This document shows positions 35,115 to 41,907 of a stretch of DNA of 64,000 nt, one piece after another. The DNA is taken from contig JBBPZH010000018.1 of the NCBI GenBank assembly GCA_038198965.1, forward strand, positions 6,209-70,208, written 5' to 3'. The first letter of the stretch is position 1, and each line of letters opens with the position of its first letter. The position numbers and the translations under genes were made by a program. The DNA comes from Propionibacteriales bacterium (lineage in GTDB: Bacteria; Actinomycetota; Actinomycetes; Propionibacteriales; Nocardioidaceae). The notes beneath the pieces are model-generated. The model worked only from the letters and a program-made list of their open reading frames with translations, had not been told where the DNA came from and did no database searches.

Positions 35115-35837
35115 GTGGACTGGCGCGCGCATGGCCGTCGCACATGGGCTCTACTTTCCGCATGGAGCACTGTGGTGACGCTGGGTGGTGCTGCTGTGAT
35201 GACCGTGATCGCCCGGTCGTTGATTCGTTTGCCGTGGCCGTGGTTCGTCGTGCTCGGGGTGGGATTGGCGCTCATCGGGCTTGGCCTAATTCAAAGGGCT
35301 GGGGCGAACGCTGGATTCACAGTTCGGGCTTACAGTCATGCTCAGCTCTTGCGGCTAACGGTCACCAACACCGGGGCCACTTCTGACTTCGAAGCGACCG
35401 TCGTGAGCGTGGATGTTGTGGGACCGGGCGAGCGGAAACCTCCACCATTTCCTCAGTTTCAGCTCAAGTGGTCAGATCAGCCCGGCCGCCGATGCGAGAT
35501 ACCGTCCAAGGCGTCTCATGATCTAGAGGTCGCGCACGCGAATGGGTTTGAGACAGGGGACGACGCCAAACGCTACAGCGGCACCGTGACCTTCTCGCGA
35601 CCAAATGATGGCCAGCCCTACAACGCGCAACTGGGAGAACCGTTTGACGGGGATGAGATCACGATTACGGTGCGAGTGACCAGGATCCGGCCGGCTCGGT
35701 CACTGATTCGGAGTTACAACATTCGCTTCCGACCTACCGACCGTTTGCCGTACAAGGGTCAGGTCTGGCCAGTATTCCAGGGAGTCGATGGATCAGACGA
35801 GAATCGGAGTGCGCCACAGGACGTCGCCTCGTCGTAG
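35115..35837 (+). CDS. passenger orfA: hypothetical protein with two N-terminal TM helices
   Basis: WALLSAWSTVVTLGGAAVMTVIA and WFVVLGVGLALIGLGLI helices, then a beta-rich soluble region of about 170 aa. Ends 23 nt before the methyltransferase gene. The start (GTG 35115 or Met-29) is uncertain. Confidence 0.5.
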   Translation: MDWRAHGRRTWALLSAWSTVVTLGGAAVMTVIARSLIRLPWPWFVVLGVGLALIGLGLIQRAGANAGFTVRAYSHAQLLRLTVTNTGATSDFEATVVSVDVVGPGERKPPPFPQFQLKWSDQPGRRCEIPSKASHDLEVAHANGFETGDDAKRYSGTVTFSRPNDGQPYNAQLGEPFDGDEITITVRVTRIRPARSLIRSYNIRFRPTDRLPYKGQVWPVFQGVDGSDENRSAPQDVASS

Positions 35838-35860
35838 ATAGCCGTCAGTAGCATGTTCCC

Positions 35861-37501
35861 GTGACGGGTCCGAACCGGCTCTTTTACGGCGACAACCTCG
35901 ACGTGCTGCGCGAGCACGTCGCCACGGAATCGGTGGACCTGATCTATCTCGACCCGCCGTTCAACTCCAACCGCAACTACAACGTCATCTTCGCCCGGCG
36001 TGACGTGAAGCGCACCGACGATGACGCCGCGCAGATACAGGCGTTTGGTGACACATGGCACTGGACGCCGATCACCGGTGAGCAGTACCGCGACGCTGTT
36101 ACCGGTGGTCTACCGTCAGGAGCCGCCGACGCGCTGCGGGCGTTCCGCACCTTGCTCGGTGAGAACGACGCGATGGCGTACCTCGTCAACATGGCACCGC
36201 GACTGGTCGAACTGCACCGAGTCCTGAAGCCGACCGGCTCGCTGTACTTGCACTGCGATCCGACGATGAGCCACTACCTCAAGATTCTGCTCGACGCGAT
36301 CTTCGCTGCCGAGCACTTCGGAGGCGAAGTCATCTGGAAACGCACCACGGCACATAGCGACGCCAGACAGGGACGCAAGCTCTACGGTCGGGTCCACGAC
36401 GTCCTGCTCCTCTACACAAAGTCGGACGTGTGGACGTGGAACACGGTCCACGTTGGGTACGACGAGTCCTACATCGAGTCGCACTACCGGTTCGTTGATG
36501 AGGAGACGGGCCGCCGTTACCGGAAGGCCGACCTCACGGCAGCAAAGGGCGGCGGCGACACGAGTTACGAGTGGAAAGGGGTGCGCCCGTACAAGGGTCG
36601 GTTCTGGGCGTACAGCAAGGCCAACATGCAGCAGTTCGAGGATGAGGGCCGCCTGGTTTACACGCGGACTGGGATGCCGGAACTGAGGCGGTACCTCGAC
36701 GAGATGCCGGGCAACAGTCTTCAGGACATCTGGACAGACATTGACGCCATCAACCCGCGCGCCGCGGAACGACTCGGCTACCCGACGCAGAAGCCCCTGG
36801 CCCTGCTCGAACGCATCCTGACTGTCAGCAGCAACGAGGGCGACGTAGTGCTCGACCCGTTTTGCGGGTGCGGCACCACGATTGATGCGGCGCAACGGTT
36901 GGAGCGACGGTGGGTCGGTATCGACGTCACTTACATCGCTATCGACCTCATCAAGAAGCGGCTGGCGCACACCTACGGCGCAGACATCGCGAGCACCTAC
37001 GGAGTGGGCGGCATCCCGCGAGATGTTGGCTCCGCACAGGCCCTGTTCCAGCGGTCACCGTTTGACTTTGAGAGGTGGGCGGTGTCTCTTGTGAACGGTC
37101 AGCCGAACGAGAAACAGGTGGGCGACCGAGGCATCGACGGTGTCGTCGGATTCAACGTCGACACCAGGGGCAACATCGGGCGTGCCCTTGTCAGCGTCAA
37201 AGGCGGAAAGCAGATCGGTCCACAGTTTGTCCGTGACCTGCTCGGCACCGTCCAGACCCAAGCCGCCGAGATGGGTCTGCTCATCACGATGAACGAGCCG
37301 ACGAGAGGCATGATCGACGCAGCCGACCATGCGGGCACCTACTTATGGCCCGTCAACGCCGCGGTGTTCCCGAAAATTCAAATCCTCACAGTCCAGCAAC
37401 TACTCGACGGGCAGCGACCCAAGATGCCGCCCGCCTTACTGCCGTACATCGCCGCAAGACGCGGCGAGGCAGCATCGGCGCAGCTTGCTTTTGAGGTCTG
37501 A
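35861..37501 (+). CDS. passenger beta-class N6-adenine/N4-cytosine DNA methyltransferase fused to a C-terminal Mrr-like (PD-(D/E)xK) domain
   Basis: NRLFYGDNLDVL; motif IV DPPF (35951-35962) precedes motif I VLDPFCGCGTT (about 36850), which is the beta permutation. The C-terminal 160 aa contain DRGIDGVV...ALVSVKGGK, like Mrr GIDG...IQAK. Confidence 0.85.
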   Translation: MTGPNRLFYGDNLDVLREHVATESVDLIYLDPPFNSNRNYNVIFARRDVKRTDDDAAQIQAFGDTWHWTPITGEQYRDAVTGGLPSGAADALRAFRTLLGENDAMAYLVNMAPRLVELHRVLKPTGSLYLHCDPTMSHYLKILLDAIFAAEHFGGEVIWKRTTAHSDARQGRKLYGRVHDVLLLYTKSDVWTWNTVHVGYDESYIESHYRFVDEETGRRYRKADLTAAKGGGDTSYEWKGVRPYKGRFWAYSKANMQQFEDEGRLVYTRTGMPELRRYLDEMPGNSLQDIWTDIDAINPRAAERLGYPTQKPLALLERILTVSSNEGDVVLDPFCGCGTTIDAAQRLERRWVGIDVTYIAIDLIKKRLAHTYGADIASTYGVGGIPRDVGSAQALFQRSPFDFERWAVSLVNGQPNEKQVGDRGIDGVVGFNVDTRGNIGRALVSVKGGKQIGPQFVRDLLGTVQTQAAEMGLLITMNEPTRGMIDAADHAGTYLWPVNAAVFPKIQILTVQQLLDGQRPKMPPALLPYIAARRGEAASAQLAFEV

Positions 37502-37615
37502 CGGCGGCGTTGGGTGTGGAGCGCATATGGTGGGTCTTGGCAGCGCCCGACGGACAAGGCTGTTAGCCCGTAGCCAACCGGGATGGGAAGCGAGTGGTCG
37601 AGGCGCTGTCGCTTT

Positions 37616-37828
37616 TTACTTGAACGCCGCTGGCACTAGCTTGCGGGCCTCGGCTTCGCTGATGTCGTCCACCCAGTCGTTGTGACCGGCTACCGCATCC
37701 ATGATGAGCCGCGTTGGCTGCCACTTACCGTCTAGGAACGATTCGTCTACGAGTCCGCGCTCGTCTCGGGTTCGACGCAACAGCAGCGGCGGCTTGGGTT
37801 GCGTGTCGCTGTAGTACTGGATCGTCAT
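37616..37828 (-). CDS. passenger orfC: 70-aa hypothetical protein
   Basis: The ATG at 37828 overlaps the orfD TGA (ATGA), with GAGGAGGAG 6-8 nt upstream. MTIQYYSDTQPKPPLLLRRTRDERGLVDESFLDGKWQPT... Confidence 0.6.
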   Translation of the reverse strand: MTIQYYSDTQPKPPLLLRRTRDERGLVDESFLDGKWQPTRLIMDAVAGHNDWVDDISEAEARKLVPAAFK

Positions 37829-38064
37829 TCGTTGCTCCTCCTCGGCGGTTCGGTTGCGTCGCCCCAAACGCGTGTGTTCCATCGTGCATCCAGTTCATAG
37901 GAACGAATCGCTAGCCGGAGCCAGCCGCAGCCGAAGGCGCCGTAAGCGCAATGGAAGCCGTAGCAGCGATGCATGTCTTGGCAGCGGTAAAAGGTGGGTA
38001 TGCGGTCGAGCTGGCCGCAAGCCCACTCAATGGCGATCACAACCCACCGCTTCACGTGCGTCAT
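37825..38064 (-). CDS. passenger orfD: 79-aa Cys-rich hypothetical protein
   Basis: The ATG at 38064 has GGAGG 7 nt upstream. The sequence contains WACGQ...YRCQDMHRCYGFHCAYGAFGCGW (6 Cys). The stop overlaps the orfC start. Confidence 0.55.
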   Translation of the reverse strand: MTHVKRWVVIAIEWACGQLDRIPTFYRCQDMHRCYGFHCAYGAFGCGWLRLAIRSYELDARWNTRVWGDATEPPRRSNE

Positions 38065-38065
38065 G

Positions 38066-38257
38066 TCAAGCCTCCGTCGCCCGCGTTTCAACTGATCCAC
38101 TACCCTCAGCGGCCTTTGTGTCGTCCGGACGTTCTTGTTCATCGTCAACTGCGGGAGCGTCTGGATCAACCGCCAACAGTGCCCGCAAAGCCGCCTCAGG
38201 ATCGAGTGGCGCAAGCGATAGGCGTTCGGACCTTGAAGATTCCTTCTCGGTCGCCAC
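38066..38257 (-). CDS. passenger orfF: 63-aa acidic hypothetical protein
   Basis: The GTG at 38257 has AAGGAGG 6 nt upstream. The stop TGA ends 1 nt before the orfD ATG (TGAcATG). LSLAPLDPEAALRALLAVDPDAP... Confidence 0.55.
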   Translation of the reverse strand: MATEKESSRSERLSLAPLDPEAALRALLAVDPDAPAVDDEQERPDDTKAAEGSGSVETRATEA

Positions 38258-38284
38258 GACATTCCTCCTTCAACGTTGACCGAC

Positions 38285-38318
38285 ACGCGGATTTCCGCGT
38301 CCCCCGCGTCCCCGCGTC
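38285..38318. promoter_or_regulatory. operator-like repeat cluster between divergent orfF and orfE
   Basis: Palindrome ACGCGGatttCCGCGT (38285-38300). CCGCGTC is repeated directly at 38295, 38304 and 38312. The cluster sits 17-50 nt upstream of the orfE ATG. Confidence 0.35.
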
Positions 38319-38334
38319 CAGTAAGGTGAGCGTC

Positions 38335-38895
38335 ATGCTCACCCAACGCACGATCCAGGAAGCGCTTGCGCGGCTGGACGCTGAGATCGCTGCCGCTGAA
38401 GCGAAACTCCAAGACCTCCGCGTCAAGCGCCAAGGCGCAGACGCGTTTCTAGAGTACGCCGTGGGAGTGTTTGGCGGCGTACCGACCGATCTGCGCACGA
38501 AGGCCCCCGCCGCGCGGCGGACCGGAGTCAATACCGGGAACACCGCCTTGATTGAGGCCGCGGTACGTGCAACAGGAACCAGCACAGTCTCGGTTGAAGA
38601 TGTCGTTCAAGACGAGGGCGTGATAGCGGCTGGACTTGACCGGATGCAGGTACGCAACGGACTTCACTACCTGAGCCGAAAGGGACTCCTAGACAGCGCA
38701 GGGCGTCGAGGTCTATGGCGCCTGGCAAACGACCCAGACCTCACCGAGACTTCAGCAGGAGCGGAACTCTCGGTGCCACCGACAAGAGTGGAAGGGGGTG
38801 AAAACACCGATGATCCAACCAGTCACAATCGTGGTCACGACTTCTCCGGACGGAACCACGATAGTGACCATCTCGGTGCCGCCGTAGGCGCCTAG
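38335..38895 (+). CDS. passenger orfE: coiled-coil / putative winged-helix protein
   Basis: The ATG at 38335 follows AAGGTGAG. N-terminal coiled coil (EALARLDAEIAAAEAKLQDLRVKRQ) and a wHTH-like stretch (MQVRNGLHYLSRKGLLDSAGRRGLWRL). The last 45 codons or so are low-complexity, so the C-terminus is uncertain. Confidence 0.5.
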   Translation: MLTQRTIQEALARLDAEIAAAEAKLQDLRVKRQGADAFLEYAVGVFGGVPTDLRTKAPAARRTGVNTGNTALIEAAVRATGTSTVSVEDVVQDEGVIAAGLDRMQVRNGLHYLSRKGLLDSAGRRGLWRLANDPDLTETSAGAELSVPPTRVEGGENTDDPTSHNRGHDFSGRNHDSDHLGAAVGA

Positions 38896-38906
38896 ACGGT
38901 CAGGGC

Positions 38907-38942
38907 GCTTGCTGGTCATCGCATCAACGGCGACCAGCAAGC
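38907..38942 (+). terminator. 11-bp perfect stem-loop downstream of orfE
   Basis: GCTTGCTGGTC (38907-17) and GACCAGCAAGC (38932-42) with a 14-nt loop, starting 12 nt after the orfE stop. There is no clear U-tract. Confidence 0.35.
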
Positions 38943-38963
38943 AGCCCATCCGTTTCACACACA

Positions 38964-39031
38964 GGGCCTAGCACGGTGCCGGGTCGGTCTTGGCAGCCCA
39001 CCCCCGACGGGTTCGAATCCCGTTAGGTCCA
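38964..39031 (+). other. tRNA-like remnant (acceptor stem plus canonical T-arm; D/anticodon region too short)
   Basis: 5' GGGCCTA pairs with 3' TAGGTCC (with G3-U70). T-arm ACGGG-TTCGAAT-CCCGT. Only 36 nt lie between the acceptor and the T-arm, against about 41 expected, and no clean D-arm forms. Confidence 0.35.
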
Positions 39032-39108
39032 CGAACCGTGTGCTTGAACCTGCTAAGGCATGATACCGCCTGGGCTAACTCGCGGCACCTTCTCGGTGTG
39101 CCTGTGTG

Positions 39109-40101
39109 CTAGGCGTGTCGTTCCCGCTCGATGAGTGGCTTATACGACAGCCGCCGTCCTCCGGTCCTATCCATCAGCAGTTTCATGCGCTCAGAGTCGT
39201 TCATCTTGCGGGTGCTGTACCGATAGTCGAACTCGCCCAGGTAGCGGTGCAGGTGCTCAACGCTGACCGCGTGGTGCGTGCCGTCCACAGACCGCTTCAA
39301 CTGCGAGAAGTAGCCCTCCGCATGGTTCGTCGTAACGCCGTCACGCACGTACTCGTCGGCCTGGTGGACGACCGTTTCGTGGCCCTTCAGCTCCCCGCGC
39401 AGACTCTTGTATGCGCGAGCTTCGTCGGTGTGCAACGTCGTCTCAGCCAGATCAACATCGAGCGACAGTGCCTGGCGCAGCGTCTCCCCGGTGACGTTGG
39501 GGATCACCCGTGAACGAACCTCGCCCGACTCGGGGTGAACCAAGGCCAGGACGACCGTCTTGTCCGTCTGCACAACTTCCCACCGCTTGCGGGCTGGCCG
39601 CTTGTGCTTGGGCCGGTTGCTGGGCTTGCCACCGATCCACGTCTCATCCGCGATCACCGTGCCCGACAGGAGGCCGGCCAGTGGCTCCCGGCGCATCGCC
39701 TCACGGATGCGTTGGGTCATAAACCACGCCGACTTAGGCGTCAGATCGTACTTGCGCTCAATCTCCCGCGCCGCGACACCGTTCTTCGAGCTGCACATCT
39801 CGAACACGACCATGATCCACGTTCGGATGGGGACCTTCGTGCCGTGAAAGATCGTCCCGGTCAACACGGAGAACTGCTTGCGGCAGTCCTTGCATTTCCA
39901 CACCCGGCGATTCGAGATAGTGCCGGTGCGGGTCTTGCGGCCCTCCCCGCGAGGCTTCAAGAAGTAGTGCGCCGCTATCGACCCGCAGTGAGGGCACACG
40001 GGGCGACCGTTCCAACGGAGGTCTTCGAGCAGCTTGTAGGCGGCTTCCTCAGTTGGCACCTGCGCCATCAACGCGGGGATCGAGAACTGCTGCTTGGCCA
40101 T
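39109..40101 (-). CDS. IS1595-family (ISXO2-like) transposase
   Basis: N-terminal zinc ribbon CPHCGS...CKDCRKQFS, HTH region (GVAAREIERKYDLTPKSAWF), and a DDE domain (VIADETWIGG...HTDEARAYK...TNHAEGYFSQLKR). Confidence 0.9.
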   Translation of the reverse strand: MAKQQFSIPALMAQVPTEEAAYKLLEDLRWNGRPVCPHCGSIAAHYFLKPRGEGRKTRTGTISNRRVWKCKDCRKQFSVLTGTIFHGTKVPIRTWIMVVFEMCSSKNGVAAREIERKYDLTPKSAWFMTQRIREAMRREPLAGLLSGTVIADETWIGGKPSNRPKHKRPARKRWEVVQTDKTVVLALVHPESGEVRSRVIPNVTGETLRQALSLDVDLAETTLHTDEARAYKSLRGELKGHETVVHQADEYVRDGVTTNHAEGYFSQLKRSVDGTHHAVSVEHLHRYLGEFDYRYSTRKMNDSERMKLLMDRTGGRRLSYKPLIERERHA

Positions 40102-40107
40102 ACCGAA

Positions 40108-40135
40108 AGTCTACGCCGAACTGTGGGTTTGTCAA
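40108..40135 (-). promoter_or_regulatory. candidate transposase promoter inside IRR giving a leaderless mRNA
   Basis: On the minus strand: TTGACA (40135-40130), a 16-nt spacer, TAGACT (40113-40108), then 6 nt and the ATG at 40101. There is no SD, consistent with a leaderless transcript. Confidence 0.4.
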
Positions 40136-40148
40136 GTAACACATCACC
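40124..40148. repeat. right terminal inverted repeat (IRR)
   Basis: TGGGTTTGTCAAGTAACACATCACC is the reverse complement of IRL with one mismatch. Confidence 0.9.
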
Positions 40149-40156
40149 CTAGTGCC
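40149..40156. repeat. 8-bp target-site duplication, right copy (CTAGTGCC)
   Basis: Identical to 35063-35070. Confidence 0.85.
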
Positions 40157-40263
40157 ACCGAGTGACTGCCGTCAAGGTCTTCTCCACAGGCCACCGGAGA
40201 CTTGCGACCTGTCAACCCGGCTCCCTTGGCGGGGGTTCTGGCAGACGGCTACGTTCTTGGCAC

Positions 40264-40812
40264 ATGCGTTGGGACCGGCTCTTCACCGATCTCGAGGGAC
40301 AGGCTCGGGCTCTCGAAGAAGCGGAGCGGGAAGCCGAAATCGTGGAACGCGTGCGCGTGGAGTTCGGTCAGACAACGCTGGTTGATCGGCTGCGCGCGCA
40401 GGAAGGCGCAAACATCACGGTGGCCGTTGACGGCGTCGGCCAGGTGAGCGGTGCGCTCGTGCAGATTGGCGCGGACTGGCTGTTGTTGCGGACGCCGTCA
40501 GAAGTCATCGTGCCGGTTGCGGCAATCACGGCTGTCCCAGATCTGCCGCCTGCTGCGATCAGCCCCGACGGTGGGTCGATGGTGTCCAGGCGGCTGCGTC
40601 TCACAACGGTTCTTCGAGCCGTCGCCATGGACCGTTGCGCGGTGAGAGTCGCGCTGCGCAACGGCAGCAGCTTCACGGGTACGCCTGACCGGGTGGGATT
40701 CGACTTCGTCGACGTGGCGTTGCACGACCTGGATGAGGCTCCACGGCGATCCACCGTGCGCGGAAGATCCACGGTGGCCTTCGCTGCCTTGGCATCCGTG
40801 CAACGGCGCTGA
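40264..40812 (+). CDS. conserved hypothetical protein
   Basis: MRWDRLFTDLEGQARALEEAEREAEIVERVRVEFGQTTLVDRL... with good codon periodicity. No family recognised. The ORF-track start at 40162 is probably too early. Confidence 0.55.
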   Translation: MRWDRLFTDLEGQARALEEAEREAEIVERVRVEFGQTTLVDRLRAQEGANITVAVDGVGQVSGALVQIGADWLLLRTPSEVIVPVAAITAVPDLPPAAISPDGGSMVSRRLRLTTVLRAVAMDRCAVRVALRNGSSFTGTPDRVGFDFVDVALHDLDEAPRRSTVRGRSTVAFAALASVQRR

Positions 40813-40818
40813 CCGGGG

Positions 40819-41100
40819 CTAGTCGAGGACGGATTGACCGTCAGTGACGACCTCCGTCGGTTGCCCCGGCGACTCATCAGCGGCGAACGGATGGTCGCTG
40901 ATGTACTGCTTGGTCGACTGGTACGCCGTTCGGATGTACTCCTCCAGCTCGGCAGCCTCAACCCGCCACACGCCTCGGCCGCCGATCTTGATTGCCGGCA
41001 GGTCACCGCGACGCACGAGCGCATATGCCTGCTTGAGGGAGATGTTGAGGATGTCCGCGACAGCACCGAGGTCGTAGAACCGAGGCGGGGAGCCGGCCAT
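40819..41100 (-). CDS. excisionase/MerR-type helix-turn-helix DNA-binding protein
   Basis: MAGSPPRFYDLGAVADILNISLKQAYALVRRGDLPAIKIGGRGVWRVEAAELEEYI. Only the last 93 codons of the 432-aa ORF look real. Confidence 0.75.
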   Translation of the reverse strand: MAGSPPRFYDLGAVADILNISLKQAYALVRRGDLPAIKIGGRGVWRVEAAELEEYIRTAYQSTKQYISDHPFAADESPGQPTEVVTDGQSVLD

Positions 41101-41193
41101 GGTGGGATTGTCGCACGCAGTATCACCCGGTCCGGGGTCTCGTCGTCGAGCTCCTGTGGACAAGTCTTCCCACAGTGGTGCACTCCCGGCACA

Positions 41194-41907
41194 ATGGCCG
41201 CCGTGTCCTTGCGGTCGCGGTCGCCCTCGTCGCAGCGCAGTGCTGCGCAGCGCGGTGACGACGGTGAGCACGACACCACACCGTCGTCGCCGCAGGCGCT
41301 GAGAGTACGCCGGTCCCGTTGGCGCGACCCGCGGCTCTGGTTCGGCGTACTGCTGGTGCTTGCCGCCGTCGTCGTCGGCGCGAAGGTGCTCGCCGCGGCC
41401 GACAACACTGTTCCGGTCTGGGCTCTCGACCATCCGGCGAGTGCCGGGATGGCGATCACCCAGGCCGACGTCCGAGCCATCAGGGTTCACTTCTCCGGCT
41501 CGGGGAACGAGAACCTCTACTGGCTCGCTGATCAAGCGTTGCCGTCGCCTGCCTACCTGACCCGAGACGTCGGCACCGGCGAGTTGTTGGCCCGCTCTGC
41601 GCTGACAACCGACCAAACCGTGGTCCCGCACGAGCTGCCGTTGGCTGTGGCAGCTGCCGGAGCGCCCGCTGGCCTGGCCCCAGGCGATCATGTGGAGGTG
41701 TGGGCTGTGCCTCCAGCACAGGACGTCCGGGGTCACGCCCAACTCGTGCTCTCCGATACAGCGGTGCTCTCGGTCGGTACGGCGGCGGTGACCGGCGTGG
41801 CAGCGGATCGCCAGTTCGTCGTCGCCCTGCCTGACGGCGCCGACACGTCGTCGCTCCTCGACAAGCTCAACGGATCCACTGTCGTTCTGGTACGGATCGG
41901 TGGCTGA
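41194..41907 (+). CDS. SAF-domain protein (CpaB/RcpC-like)
   Basis: One TM helix (WFGVLLVLAAVVVGAKVL), then a SAF-like region (ITQADVRAIRV...) and a beta-clip C-terminus. Located upstream of the CpaE-like ATPase. Confidence 0.65.
   Translation: MAAVSLRSRSPSSQRSAAQRGDDGEHDTTPSSPQALRVRRSRWRDPRLWFGVLLVLAAVVVGAKVLAAADNTVPVWALDHPASAGMAITQADVRAIRVHFSGSGNENLYWLADQALPSPAYLTRDVGTGELLARSALTTDQTVVPHELPLAVAAAGAPAGLAPGDHVEVWAVPPAQDVRGHAQLVLSDTAVLSVGTAAVTGVAADRQFVVALPDGADTSSLLDKLNGSTVVLVRIGG

Larger units (their letters stand above)
35071..40148. mobile_element. IS1595-family transposon with passenger genes (5,078 bp)
   Basis: 25-bp terminal IRs (24/25 identical), 8-bp direct repeats, an intact IS1595/ISXO2-type transposase at the right end, and six passenger ORFs. 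G+C is visibly lower than in the flanks. Confidence 0.85.

Noticed and set aside
37534-37545. The 12-mer GGTCTTGGCAGC followed by CCCGACGG occurs twice in the transposon (37534 and 38986).
   Set aside because: Two short matches with different spacing could be chance. No extended similarity or common secondary structure was found. It is mentioned only under the tRNA-like finding.
38752-38958. Minus-strand 68-aa ORF (MKRMGCLLVAVDAMTSK...) overlapping the orfE 3' end.
   Set aside because: It spans the 11-bp perfect hairpin (38907-38942), lacks an SD, and has codon bias no better than orfE. It is probably a shadow ORF, although the low-complexity orfE tail leaves some doubt.
39033-39056. Possible degenerate internal copy of the IS1595 IR (CGTGTGCTTGAACC versus GATGTGTTACTTGACAAACC), which would define a minimal 1.1-kb IS.
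   Set aside because: Only about 9 scattered matching positions, and the alignment needs an indel. This is not distinguishable from chance by eye.
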